DNA of 64,000 nucleotides from a virus. How positions within the stretch are numbered: the stretch's first letter is position 1; the number at the start of each line of letters is the position of its first letter. The position numbers and the translations under genes were made by a program. The notes under the pieces are model-generated. The model saw nothing but the letters and a program-made list of their open reading frames with translations, was not told the DNA's origin and made no database searches. Below are positions 29,390-37,847 of the stretch, in pieces. Where the stretch lies: the IMG/VR virus record IMGVR_UViG_3300045988_128133; one strand, 5' to 3'.

Positions 29390-29726
29390 ACAGCAGGCCT
29401 TTTACCGATATGGGTTTGTCAAAGCCTGTTTATGTCTTAAAATCCAAGAGGCTCGTGATTATGCGCGATACACCTACGGGACAACCTACGCTAAATTAAC
29501 ACCGAAGGAACGGGCAGACTGTCGAAAGCAATTTCAAATTGAATTTCTTCTCGACCTGGTAAGGGACCGAAGAGTCACGTGCCGGGCGTGGGTACCGCCG
29601 CGACAACGCGGTTGCTCAACCTGTAGGCATGACGGAACTCATTACAAGCTTTGTGCACTCTGCCACGGTGAAGGATGGCCTGTCAGCTGGGTACCGAAAA
29701 GGAATTCCCTAGGTAAGATGAAATGA
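29373..29726 (+). CDS. Cys/His-rich hypothetical protein
   Basis: CRAW...CSTCRHDGTHYKLCALCHGEGW. Confidence 0.45.
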   Translation: MKLTPEQQAFYRYGFVKACLCLKIQEARDYARYTYGTTYAKLTPKERADCRKQFQIEFLLDLVRDRRVTCRAWVPPRQRGCSTCRHDGTHYKLCALCHGEGWPVSWVPKRNSLGKMK

Positions 29727-29748
29727 CAAATTCTACTAAATAATATTC

Positions 29749-29776
29749 TTGACAAAACAACCGGGGGTACTACAAT
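29749..29776 (+). promoter_or_regulatory. sigma70-like promoter TTGACA-16-TACAAT
   Basis: Consensus hexamers 25 nt upstream of ATG 29801. Confidence 0.5.
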
Positions 29777-29800
29777 ACCTCCGAACTCCAATCAAATTCA

Positions 29801-30022
29801 ATGATGAAGTTAGACCCTATCGTACCCTCCTGCGCTCACTGCCATTACAGCGACCTGCCTTCGGAGTCGTTCCCGTGTTCAGATTGTGACAAAGACTATA
29901 GCCAATTTACAGCCAAGTCTATCTGCCGTATCTGTTCACTCGCAAGCATGTCACTCTGCCAACCTGATTGTTTCACCTGCAATTCATCCTGGGCAGAGAT
30001 TAAGAACAACAAAAAGAAATAA
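29801..30022 (+). CDS. CxxC zinc-finger protein, paralog family B
   Basis: CAHCHYSDLPSESFPCSDCD...CRICS...CFTC. It matches the pattern of ORF 30030. Confidence 0.45.
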   Translation: MMKLDPIVPSCAHCHYSDLPSESFPCSDCDKDYSQFTAKSICRICSLASMSLCQPDCFTCNSSWAEIKNNKKK

Positions 30023-30029
30023 CCACCCC

Positions 30030-30602
30030 ATGTCTCAAACCAAACTTACAGAATCCTGTGACCATTGTGTCTATAATGAATTGAGAGGGAATGATTATCC
30101 CTGCTCAGATTGTTCATCCCAAGGGACCCATTTCACCCCGGACCCCATATGTCAAAAATGTGAACATGCGGACACCCCTGTGGCAGATTATCCTTGTTCA
30201 ACCTGCCGCATCGAATCTGATAGGGGACATTACGTAGAATCCACGGAATCCACGGAACCTGTGTCTCCGTGCCAGTCCTGCCCGCACGCGGGGACCCCTC
30301 CGCTCCAACAGCCATGCGCGGACTGCGGTCACAATGGGCTTAGTGCGGGCATTCAAAGGAACAGAGAAGCAGAGTACCAGCGGTTCGTGGAGGAAATGAA
30401 TGCACGCCCAGCCGCCTGTATCTGCGGGGAGAATCCCGAATATGTGGAAGACAACATCTATCCCGGAGAAGTCCACCGCTATGTGGTCTGCAACGGGAGT
30501 CACCCCGTCCCCCATTCCCTGTCGGTCCACGGCGGCAATAGCCGGGAGGAAACCATTGGACGATGGAACGCTTTTATTTTCAATCTTAAAAACAATAAAT
30601 AA
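30030..30602 (+). CDS. multi-CxxC zinc-finger protein, paralog family B
   Basis: The start is at MSQTKLTESCDHCVYNELRGNDYPCSDCS. The pattern repeats about four times (CQKC...CSTC...CQSC...CADC). Confidence 0.5.
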   Translation: MSQTKLTESCDHCVYNELRGNDYPCSDCSSQGTHFTPDPICQKCEHADTPVADYPCSTCRIESDRGHYVESTESTEPVSPCQSCPHAGTPPLQQPCADCGHNGLSAGIQRNREAEYQRFVEEMNARPAACICGENPEYVEDNIYPGEVHRYVVCNGSHPVPHSLSVHGGNSREETIGRWNAFIFNLKNNK

Positions 30603-30604
30603 TT

Positions 30605-30838
30605 ATGTATATGGCAAACACACCGCTCTATCATAATCAGGTCCGACAAATGCGTAAACTACTTCAGATTAACTTCGGCATACCCTGGGAAGAACTTGCG
30701 CTCATGACAGACAATGAAGCCGAAGAAACTCTGTCCTCCCTGGGGTACACCCTCGTCAAAACCGCCTCTGTGGATGACGGCACTCTGTACGTCGTCCCCA
30801 AAGACCTGCTCGAAAACGCTTTCACTCTAAACCGATGA
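30605..30838 (+). CDS. hypothetical protein
   Basis: 77-aa ORF. Confidence 0.4.
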   Translation: MYMANTPLYHNQVRQMRKLLQINFGIPWEELALMTDNEAEETLSSLGYTLVKTASVDDGTLYVVPKDLLENAFTLNR

Positions 30839-30914
30839 TTATGTTTCTAATCGGCGCGGCCATGGCTCTCTGCCTAATCTACATCATTGAGAATAACGAA
30901 CCACTTTTACCTGC

Positions 30915-31397
30915 ATGAAGAATCAAGGAAAACTCATCCAGCACCCAGGGCTCAAGTACCCACGGAAACCACGGAATTGTACACCCGCTGTAAAGAAGAT
31001 TCCCTATGGCTACATGTCCACCCAGGAAATCGCGGAAGCCGTGGGTAGAACTCCCACCTGTGTTCTCGTTACTCTGGAACGCCGCAAGGTGCCGAAGGTA
31101 CGTTCCGGCAAGATGGTTTACTGGGACGGAGACATAGCACGGGAATATATTAAAACACTTAACTCAGACGTGTACGAGGGAATTCCTAACGGATATACGG
31201 ATATGGAAGGAGCCCTGGAACTCACTGGTTTTAAGAATGGAGCGACCCTCTCCACCATGTTTAAGCGCGGGCGGGTCCGGCGTGTCCGGTACCGTGATGA
31301 CATGGGTGCCGGGAGAAAGACGCGATTCGCGTATAATATTCTTGACCTGGAACGGCATATGGGCTTAACTAATGTCACCGAAGATGACGACGAATAA
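30915..31397 (+). CDS. HTH DNA-binding protein (Xis/AlpA/MerR-like helix-turn-helix)
   Basis: MSTQEIAEAVGRTPTCVLVTLERRKVPKVRSGKMVYW fits the AlpA/excisionase-type HTH pattern. Confidence 0.45.
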   Translation: MKNQGKLIQHPGLKYPRKPRNCTPAVKKIPYGYMSTQEIAEAVGRTPTCVLVTLERRKVPKVRSGKMVYWDGDIAREYIKTLNSDVYEGIPNGYTDMEGALELTGFKNGATLSTMFKRGRVRRVRYRDDMGAGRKTRFAYNILDLERHMGLTNVTEDDDE

Positions 31398-31728
31398 TAA
31401 CCATCAAATGGCAAAAGTCAGCAATCAGGAGGCATTACTGACAATTCTGTCCTGGGTCGATTTATTCGACCCTGACATGAGCCTGACCCGACTCCGCATC
31501 CTGCTTGCCCTTCACGGTGCGGGGGGCACCCCCACGCTGACGGTCAAGGTTTTGTCTCGCTATCTGTCTCTTTCCACGTCCAACCTTAACTATAATCTCA
31601 AGAAACTGATGGAGGATGGATGGGTGGAGATTGTAGAGGATAGCGAACCTGCTCTCTATCAACTGACAAGACGTGGCAGAACCTTCTGCCGCGATATATT
31701 CAAACCCCGAAAGTACATCAACAAATGA
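31372..31728 (+). CDS. winged-helix (MarR/ArsR-like) transcriptional regulator
   Basis: LTRLRILLALHGAGG...NLNYNLKKLMEDGWVEIVED is a typical wHTH recognition helix plus wing. Confidence 0.5.
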   Translation: MSPKMTTNNNHQMAKVSNQEALLTILSWVDLFDPDMSLTRLRILLALHGAGGTPTLTVKVLSRYLSLSTSNLNYNLKKLMEDGWVEIVEDSEPALYQLTRRGRTFCRDIFKPRKYINK

Positions 31729-32147
31729 CTCACGAAGAAATTGAAAAGGTAGCTGAACAGCTATACACCCTGACAGAATCCCGTACTGCATGGTCTGAAC
31801 TTGACACTGCGGGCCAATACCCCTACGTCAAACTGGCACTCAATCTGGGAGAAAAGAAACCGGAAATTCTTGGTGAACTGGTTTCAAAGTACTGCGTCGA
31901 TTTCGGAATGCCCAGCAAGTACAAGGCGATTGTCGCTGGGATTATTTCCGGGATTCTTACGGTACTGGCCGCTTTCGGTCTCATCTCCCAGAACAGCTGT
32001 ACCCGTGTCGATATGACGGAAGACCATGCAATTATTTGTCGTGGCGATTCCTGCATTGTCCTTGAGCCGGGCCGGATTTCCTACAGCCAGGCCCAGCCGG
32101 AAACGGACGTGCCTCCGGTGGTTCAGGTAAAACCCAGCAAGAAGTAA
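31725..32147 (+). CDS. membrane protein
   Basis: The hydrophobic helix is IVAGIISGILTVLAAFGLI. Confidence 0.45.
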   Translation: MTHEEIEKVAEQLYTLTESRTAWSELDTAGQYPYVKLALNLGEKKPEILGELVSKYCVDFGMPSKYKAIVAGIISGILTVLAAFGLISQNSCTRVDMTEDHAIICRGDSCIVLEPGRISYSQAQPETDVPPVVQVKPSKK

Positions 32148-32148
32148 T

Positions 32149-33186
32149 ATGGCCGACAACGAGGTTCAATATTCAGAACTGCCCTCAGCCCCGGACCTCT
32201 TTAATCATCCGGTACCCACGGTTCCCGTGGGTACCGAATTGTTTAATGACATGCCGCCGTTCGATTCCCTCCCTGACCCCATTGCCCCAGTTTACGGTGA
32301 AAGCGATGTCATGGTACATACTCCGTCGCCGTACAACGACGACCCCCTGATGCGGAACCGACCGGAGAATATGTTCGCTATCGTCTATGACCCAACGAAC
32401 AGCGGAGCCAACGCGGCCGTCCAGTACGTTGCCGGGGTAATCATCGACAGCAATGAGGTTACTAAAATAGGTGGGGAACCGGGAACCCTGCACAATGTCG
32501 ATTCCAAAGAGCAGGCACCGCTGGACGAGGACATCACCTGGTACCTCAATGTGAAAAGCGACCGGGCCAGTTCCACGGTGACAAGCGTAAAGGACGAGAG
32601 TGCTGACTTCTCTGTCCCTCTGGCCAAGATGACTCGCGGCAATAACGGGTACATTCAGCAGTTACACCGTGGTGCTGTGTTCATTGGTGGCGGTAGCGGA
32701 GGCGGCACGTTCCCGTTTAAAGTCACTACCTCTAAGGAACAGGATGGTTCTGGCGTATGGCATACCTACGCAGTAATCGTTGAGGGCGGCTTCCGGGACA
32801 CCGACCGGAAGAAGGCTACCATAGATGGGTTCAAGGACGGGAAGGCTAAAGTGGAAATTGTCACGGATGGTGAACTCCCTATCCTGTTGGAGTGGGAATA
32901 TGCATGGCCCTATACGGGGCTGACCCAAGCTAAGGTGGTTGTCGATGATAAGCCCTGGGATGGGAAGGAAGTCATTACACCCATTACCAGTGAAGAGGGG
33001 AATGGTAAAAGTAAATGCGCTTTAGCCATCCTTACTGTCACCCGTGCCAAAGATGGGACGCTCGACGCAGTTGTTAAATCCCAGCTGGTCAATACCGGGT
33101 TAATCGCCATGTGGTATAGCGGCTACGTTGACGGGGTATCGGGCAACGTCGGCCAGTATGCAGAAGCCAGTACTGTATCACCATGA
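32149..33186 (+). CDS. virion structural protein (hypothetical)
   Basis: 345-aa ORF. It contains the perfect 11-bp palindrome at 32211-32235. Confidence 0.45.
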   Translation: MADNEVQYSELPSAPDLFNHPVPTVPVGTELFNDMPPFDSLPDPIAPVYGESDVMVHTPSPYNDDPLMRNRPENMFAIVYDPTNSGANAAVQYVAGVIIDSNEVTKIGGEPGTLHNVDSKEQAPLDEDITWYLNVKSDRASSTVTSVKDESADFSVPLAKMTRGNNGYIQQLHRGAVFIGGGSGGGTFPFKVTTSKEQDGSGVWHTYAVIVEGGFRDTDRKKATIDGFKDGKAKVEIVTDGELPILLEWEYAWPYTGLTQAKVVVDDKPWDGKEVITPITSEEGNGKSKCALAILTVTRAKDGTLDAVVKSQLVNTGLIAMWYSGYVDGVSGNVGQYAEASTVSP

Positions 33187-33998
33187 GTTCTCTTCTTCTC
33201 TACCCCAAGCCATTGCAGGGGAATAGACCTGCATCCTTCCTGCAACAGTGGCACCAGAAGCTGACACATCCCTTCAATGAGATGTACTGGTATGGGACAC
33301 CCGGACCTACACTCCATGGCATGCCAACTCCGAACGGGCTTGCTATTCCCATTAAAGCAGATGCAACTTATCGACCGGGAGTCCGGTGCAAAAATATCAG
33401 TGATGCGTGGAAGATATACAATACCCTGAAAGGATTAAAGACTCCAGAAATGACACCTGTATTGCCGAGCCAGGCAGGATGGAAGACCCATATCTACCCT
33501 ACGGAATCTGTACGTGTCTTTGACTACGAAGTCTGGAAAGTGTGGCACCCGAATCAGCCACAGCATGAGATGACGCTGGATGAGGTCAAGACCTGGCCCA
33601 TACCTACAGAGGGTGGCCTGGGAGGTTCCATTTACGTGGTGACGTATAATGAGAACGGGGTTCTCATCGATAACACAGCCCGGTTCCTAATTGACCAGGT
33701 ATGGTACATTGAAGAAGAGACGGGAGCTGTTTACCTGGACCTTCGCTACAATATCACAGGCCAGTATGAACAGAGGGTTTCCGGTGTTGGCCGAACCTTC
33801 AACGTATCAGCTGACTTCGGAAGACGACAGCACATCAATGGAACACAGTCCCGTATCATCCAGTGGACTGGCGAGATATGCGGCGTGACAGTCGATTTCC
33901 TTGCTTCCTACTTCAGCTATGCTCCTTCCACGGTAACAGTCCCCCAGGTGCCTGTTCTTACCACATTCTTCAAAGGAATCCAGTTTACTACCCTTTGA
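33183..33998 (+). CDS. hypothetical structural protein
   Basis: 271-aa ORF, translationally coupled to the previous gene. Confidence 0.45.
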   Translation: MSSLLLYPKPLQGNRPASFLQQWHQKLTHPFNEMYWYGTPGPTLHGMPTPNGLAIPIKADATYRPGVRCKNISDAWKIYNTLKGLKTPEMTPVLPSQAGWKTHIYPTESVRVFDYEVWKVWHPNQPQHEMTLDEVKTWPIPTEGGLGGSIYVVTYNENGVLIDNTARFLIDQVWYIEEETGAVYLDLRYNITGQYEQRVSGVGRTFNVSADFGRRQHINGTQSRIIQWTGEICGVTVDFLASYFSYAPSTVTVPQVPVLTTFFKGIQFTTL

Positions 33999-34061
33999 AC
34001 ATTTCAATACAGCTGTACAATCCCCCAGCGGATTTCGTACATTGAAATGTCAGAGCGTTTA

Positions 34062-34100
34062 GATTGCGAGAATATACGGAAAATGTATATTCTCGCAATC
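34062..34100. terminator. perfect 16-bp palindrome GATTGCGAGAATATAC-GGAAAAT-GTATATTCTCGCAATC followed by ATTTTAT
   Basis: Intergenic, 7-nt loop, T-rich tail. It is a terminator or operator. Confidence 0.55.
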
Positions 34101-34113
34101 ATTTTATGGAGGA

Positions 34114-34866
34114 ATGACGAGGAAAGTAGTTGACAGAAACAAACTCTCCACTATGATGGGGGTCATGTCCGAACCATTACCCAATCACGAATTCGATGAT
34201 TTTGTTTTCATCATCTTTGCGTACAACGCTACGCTTGACTGGCCGGAACGAGAGTCCCTGCTTGTCCACTACTCCGTCAACTACCTGCTCAACCACGGAA
34301 TCCACGGAACCCGTATCACCGTTCTGGCCAATGACCTGTCGGTATGTTCCTGGGCAAATTTGCAGGGATTGAAGTTTATTCAGCTTAAAGCCACTGACAA
34401 GGAAACTGTTACGGAAGCCATATCCACCGTGATGCGGGAAAACCCTGAGAAGAATGTTGCATGCCTCAATACTGTATTCCCTGTACGTGAATCCGACCTC
34501 CTGTCTCTGATATGTAGCCAAACCCGAACGGAAAAGGATAAGCTCTTTATCTCTGCCCACATGGGTGCCAAGTATGAGAAGGACGACAGGACAACATCCT
34601 GGGGCACTACTCTGAACGGAAGTATCATAGGCTTTCGTCATGACTCTGATATTAAAGCTCTCTTCCATCCTAAGAACATTTACCCCGTACTTCACACTGC
34701 TGAATGCGGAAATTATAAGGTCTGTTTCAGGTATGAGTACATGAAGGAACCCCTGGAATCCGCGGTTGCCGTGGGATATAAGATGTCCGCATGGTCTGCC
34801 CCCTGTCCATCAGAATATCCTCGCAGGGTGGAAATAAAGCTGGACAACGGAACGGATGCCCGCTAA
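34114..34866 (+). CDS. hypothetical protein
   Basis: 250-aa ORF. Confidence 0.45.
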   Translation: MTRKVVDRNKLSTMMGVMSEPLPNHEFDDFVFIIFAYNATLDWPERESLLVHYSVNYLLNHGIHGTRITVLANDLSVCSWANLQGLKFIQLKATDKETVTEAISTVMRENPEKNVACLNTVFPVRESDLLSLICSQTRTEKDKLFISAHMGAKYEKDDRTTSWGTTLNGSIIGFRHDSDIKALFHPKNIYPVLHTAECGNYKVCFRYEYMKEPLESAVAVGYKMSAWSAPCPSEYPRRVEIKLDNGTDAR

Positions 34867-35320
34867 CCTGAAGCCCATGAACAACACCAACTTATACTTT
34901 GACGGTGCGCTTGGCCAGTTCATAGGAAAGCACAACTATGACCTCATCAGCGTTGACCCAGACCTCGAAGTCCAGCACGCCACGTCGTCTAAGACAATCT
35001 GCCTTGGAGCCGACTTCCAGGGAAACATCAACCTGTACATCTCCCATGCCGCCGCGCTGGGGTTGACGGGCCGTGCTTTCTCCTGGGATATTTATCTGGC
35101 TCCATACAACAATGCCAATCTCCCTGTCTGGGAGAATATAGCATCCGGCAATACCTCCGCAGAGAAACCGGGAGGGACTACAGATACAGTTCTCCTGGCC
35201 ACTGACATGTTTACCCTGGGCCTCGAAAACTATCCGCGAGGCGTTTACTGGATGAAACTGCATTTCAGCAATATGTCTGACTGGATGCGTTCCTTCCCCT
35301 TCATTCTTCACATCATTTAA
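34856..35320 (+). CDS. hypothetical protein
   Basis: 154-aa ORF. Confidence 0.45.
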   Translation: MPANLKPMNNTNLYFDGALGQFIGKHNYDLISVDPDLEVQHATSSKTICLGADFQGNINLYISHAAALGLTGRAFSWDIYLAPYNNANLPVWENIASGNTSAEKPGGTTDTVLLATDMFTLGLENYPRGVYWMKLHFSNMSDWMRSFPFILHII

Positions 35321-35325
35321 CCGAC

Positions 35326-35700
35326 ATGAAATTAGACCTCAACAAAATACTCCGGCTCTACCCTCTCCTTAAAATCCTCCACTATCAAACAGGGGCGGGG
35401 TTCCATCATGAGAAATATGACGATGCCCTCGACTGTCTGGGGGAGATAGCAGACAAGTACATCGAGACTTACATGGGGCTGAACGGACGGGACTGGGTTG
35501 CAGGGACTTCCCCCATGCCCAAGCTCGTAACTGGTACGCGCCCCTGTGTTGTGCAGTTCCGCATGGAAATCGTCGAGACACTTGTTCCCTACCTCTATCA
35601 ACTGGCCAAGGGACAGAAGGCTCTGAACAAACTGGCAGAAGACTTTGACGAAGCCGCCCACGGAATCCTTGGTCTCCTGGAAAACTACAGCAATCAATAA
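35326..35700 (+). CDS. hypothetical protein
   Basis: 124-aa ORF. Confidence 0.45.
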   Translation: MKLDLNKILRLYPLLKILHYQTGAGFHHEKYDDALDCLGEIADKYIETYMGLNGRDWVAGTSPMPKLVTGTRPCVVQFRMEIVETLVPYLYQLAKGQKALNKLAEDFDEAAHGILGLLENYSNQ

Positions 35701-35716
35701 ATCAACCAAACACACT

Positions 35717-36226
35717 ATGCCCTGCAACGTACAGCGCGGAGAATTCTATATTGCCAACGACGGACCGGAAAGCAATTCCGAAATCATAGCAAACGTACTT
35801 CCCAGGATGGACGGGATTCTGTCGCGGTCCCGCTCCATGACCTGGGGTATGATTAGCTACACCCTGTCCCACCTGAACAATCCGTTCGGCATTGCTCTGG
35901 AACATATGCGGGTAGGTTTCGCGGCGCGTACCGCATCCCTGCCGGACGCTATGGGGGTGGTCGATGTATCTCACTGGATTATCATTGAGAAGGTACCTAT
36001 CTCTTTTGAGGACTTCCGCTGTGTCTTCAAGATTCTGGAACCCACGGATTCCCCGGATGAGCGGAAGGATTATCTCCTTCATGGCAAGTGGTTTACACCT
36101 ACCAAGGAAATCAAACTGAGCAACGATATGATTACCCGGTTCCACTGGGAACTGGGCTATCCTGAAAACGAACGAATCAACCTGCTGGAAGACAGCACAG
36201 AAGAAGACGATGACACAGAAAGCTAA
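35717..36226 (+). CDS. hypothetical protein (start at internal ATG MPCNVQRGEF)
   Basis: The first ATG after the upstream stop. The track ORF starts earlier at a non-ATG codon. Confidence 0.4.
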   Translation: MPCNVQRGEFYIANDGPESNSEIIANVLPRMDGILSRSRSMTWGMISYTLSHLNNPFGIALEHMRVGFAARTASLPDAMGVVDVSHWIIIEKVPISFEDFRCVFKILEPTDSPDERKDYLLHGKWFTPTKEIKLSNDMITRFHWELGYPENERINLLEDSTEEDDDTES

Positions 36227-36959
36227 AATCAAAAAGATTCAACAGCTGGTCGGCGTGACCGCTGACGGCATTATCGGACCGAAGACCATTGATGCAATTC
36301 TTAAACGGCTGACCCCGGAATCCACGGGTACCGGGGATTCCGCGGGTACCGTGGATGCTCATGAAATCCGCAACCGGATGGCCGCTAAAATCCTGAACAT
36401 GGAGGACTACAAGATTACGGGGCCAGAATCCCTGCGGGTTACGCGCCTCCCCTCCGGCGATGGTGGCGGCACCTGGGAGATTGCAGGTATCTGTGACGGG
36501 ATTGAACCGAAGGTGTTTAACCGGATTAAATCCCTGCTGGACAAGGGACTGCGGGATGAAGCATGGGAAGAATGCCTTAGCTACGTACTGGAGAACACCT
36601 CCAAGATTGTAAGCTATCTTCCGAACTATGGTTTCGGCTACGAATTCATGGTACGCGACCTCGCGTTCAACATGGGTACCGGAGGTGCCGTCAATGTCAT
36701 CCAACGCATGCTCAACTCTGTGGGAGATGCTGGCCTTACAGTGGATGGCAAATGGGGACCTAAGACTCAAGCCGCCCTACGAAGCGTAACGGATGTTATT
36801 CCAGAAGCTGAAGTTGTCAGGGGGCTGGACAGGGCGGCCCGTGCAAGGTATGAAAGCATTGTCAAGGCCAACCCTGTTAAGAAGAAGTTCCTTAAAGGTT
36901 GGTTTAACCGATGCGAAGCTCGTGTTAAGTTTGCCGAGACTATTATGTCAAGAAAATAA
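36210..36959 (+). CDS. endolysin: GH108-like muramidase domain + PG_binding_3-like C-terminus, with N-terminal PG-binding repeat
   Basis: DGIIGPKT and DGKWGPKTQAAL PG-binding repeats. GGGTWEIAGI and C-terminal FLKGWFNRCEARV match the GH108/PG_binding_3 architecture. Confidence 0.55.
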   Translation: MTQKAKIKKIQQLVGVTADGIIGPKTIDAILKRLTPESTGTGDSAGTVDAHEIRNRMAAKILNMEDYKITGPESLRVTRLPSGDGGGTWEIAGICDGIEPKVFNRIKSLLDKGLRDEAWEECLSYVLENTSKIVSYLPNYGFGYEFMVRDLAFNMGTGGAVNVIQRMLNSVGDAGLTVDGKWGPKTQAALRSVTDVIPEAEVVRGLDRAARARYESIVKANPVKKKFLKGWFNRCEARVKFAETIMSRK

Positions 36960-36988
36960 TTCTTTACAGCAATAAATTCATTTAGTAC

Positions 36989-37027
36989 CATGGCGGTGAG
37001 GTAAACCTTGCCGCCATGTTTTTGTAT
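36989..37027 (+). terminator. rho-independent terminator CATGGCGG-loop-CCGCCATG + TTTTTGTAT
   Basis: 8-bp stem plus T-tract after the endolysin stop. The stem contains ATG 37016 of the track ORF. Confidence 0.6.
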
Positions 37028-37063
37028 AGTCTCGCAAGCGTGGATGCAAATGTCTGGACGATG

Positions 37064-37372
37064 TTCCTGACGCGCATCGTTGATGAGATGAGCCCTGCGT
37101 ATCTGGTGTTCGTAGGGCTTATTTACGTGGCGGCGAAGCTTGCCTATAAGTACCTTAGTAAAAAAATTGATTATACTCTTGACAAGGAGAAATCTTTTTT
37201 AGTACTTCTACAGGAGGCACTGCGGGTTATCTCTGAACTGGATGAAACTCTGGACCAGCTCCACGGTAAACTGGATTCCCTGCGGAGTGGCCACGAAGAA
37301 CTGTTAGAAATCGTCAAACACAGCGGCATGAACAATGAAGCTACTCCCAAAACTATTCCGAAAAGAACCTGA
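37064..37372 (+). CDS. membrane + coiled-coil protein (holin/spanin-like by position)
   Basis: Start moved to ATG 37064 (MFLTRIV...). TM helix AYLVFVGLIYVAAKLAY, then a coiled coil, downstream of the endolysin. Confidence 0.4.
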   Translation, partial: FLTRIVDEMSPAYLVFVGLIYVAAKLAYKYLSKKIDYTLDKEKSFLVLLQEALRVISELDETLDQLHGKLDSLRSGHEELLEIVKHSGMNNEATPKTIPKRT

Positions 37373-37847
37373 ACCAGAAGGAGTGATTAAGAACATCACC
37401 AGTCTGGCTGATGAGTTGCAGGTTAAATTACACACCTGCGGCGAACGCATTGCCAAGCGGAATCAGTTCTACGCGACTCTGCCCCTGGGCCGTGAAGGTG
37501 AAAGAAAGCTACCCAAGAATCAGTGGGTTTACTTTCTGCGTGGTTCGGTAGGTATCAAGTATGTTGGAGAAAACCTCACAAGCTCTGTTACTTACATCCG
37601 AACACATGAAGAGATTAAGCTTCCCAATTTTATTGACAGCGAACGCTCACATAAACTTCGTGTCATAAACGGATATATTATTGACAGAAGAACAAACCGG
37701 AAGTATTCTGCGGGTGAGTCGATAGACTTTCAGCGGGGAGAACCTATGCACTTAACCATAAACGGATATGTGTGGATGACCTGGACACCCCCGCTTCCGG
37801 GTTCAACACTTCCGTTCTACCACTCAAATCATGCCTCTAATTCCTAA
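37335..37847 (+). CDS. hypothetical protein
   Basis: 170-aa ORF. Confidence 0.4.
   Translation: MKLLPKLFRKEPEPEGVIKNITSLADELQVKLHTCGERIAKRNQFYATLPLGREGERKLPKNQWVYFLRGSVGIKYVGENLTSSVTYIRTHEEIKLPNFIDSERSHKLRVINGYIIDRRTNRKYSAGESIDFQRGEPMHLTINGYVWMTWTPPLPGSTLPFYHSNHASNS

Noticed and set aside
29886-30602. Track ORF 29886..30602 (238 aa) overlapping ORF 29801..30022 in another frame
   Set aside because: The N-terminal 48 codons overlap the upstream paralog gene. The conserved CxHCxY...PCSDC paralog motif begins right after the internal ATG at 30030, which is taken as the true start.
37016-37063. ATG 37016 as start of ORF 37016..37372
   Set aside because: This ATG lies inside the stem of the terminator hairpin (36989-37027). 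The in-frame ATG at 37064 is preferred.
37160-37200. TTGACA at 37170 inside ORF 37064..37372 as an internal promoter
   Set aside because: The -10 match is poor and it is within coding sequence. No separate downstream gene start is apparent.
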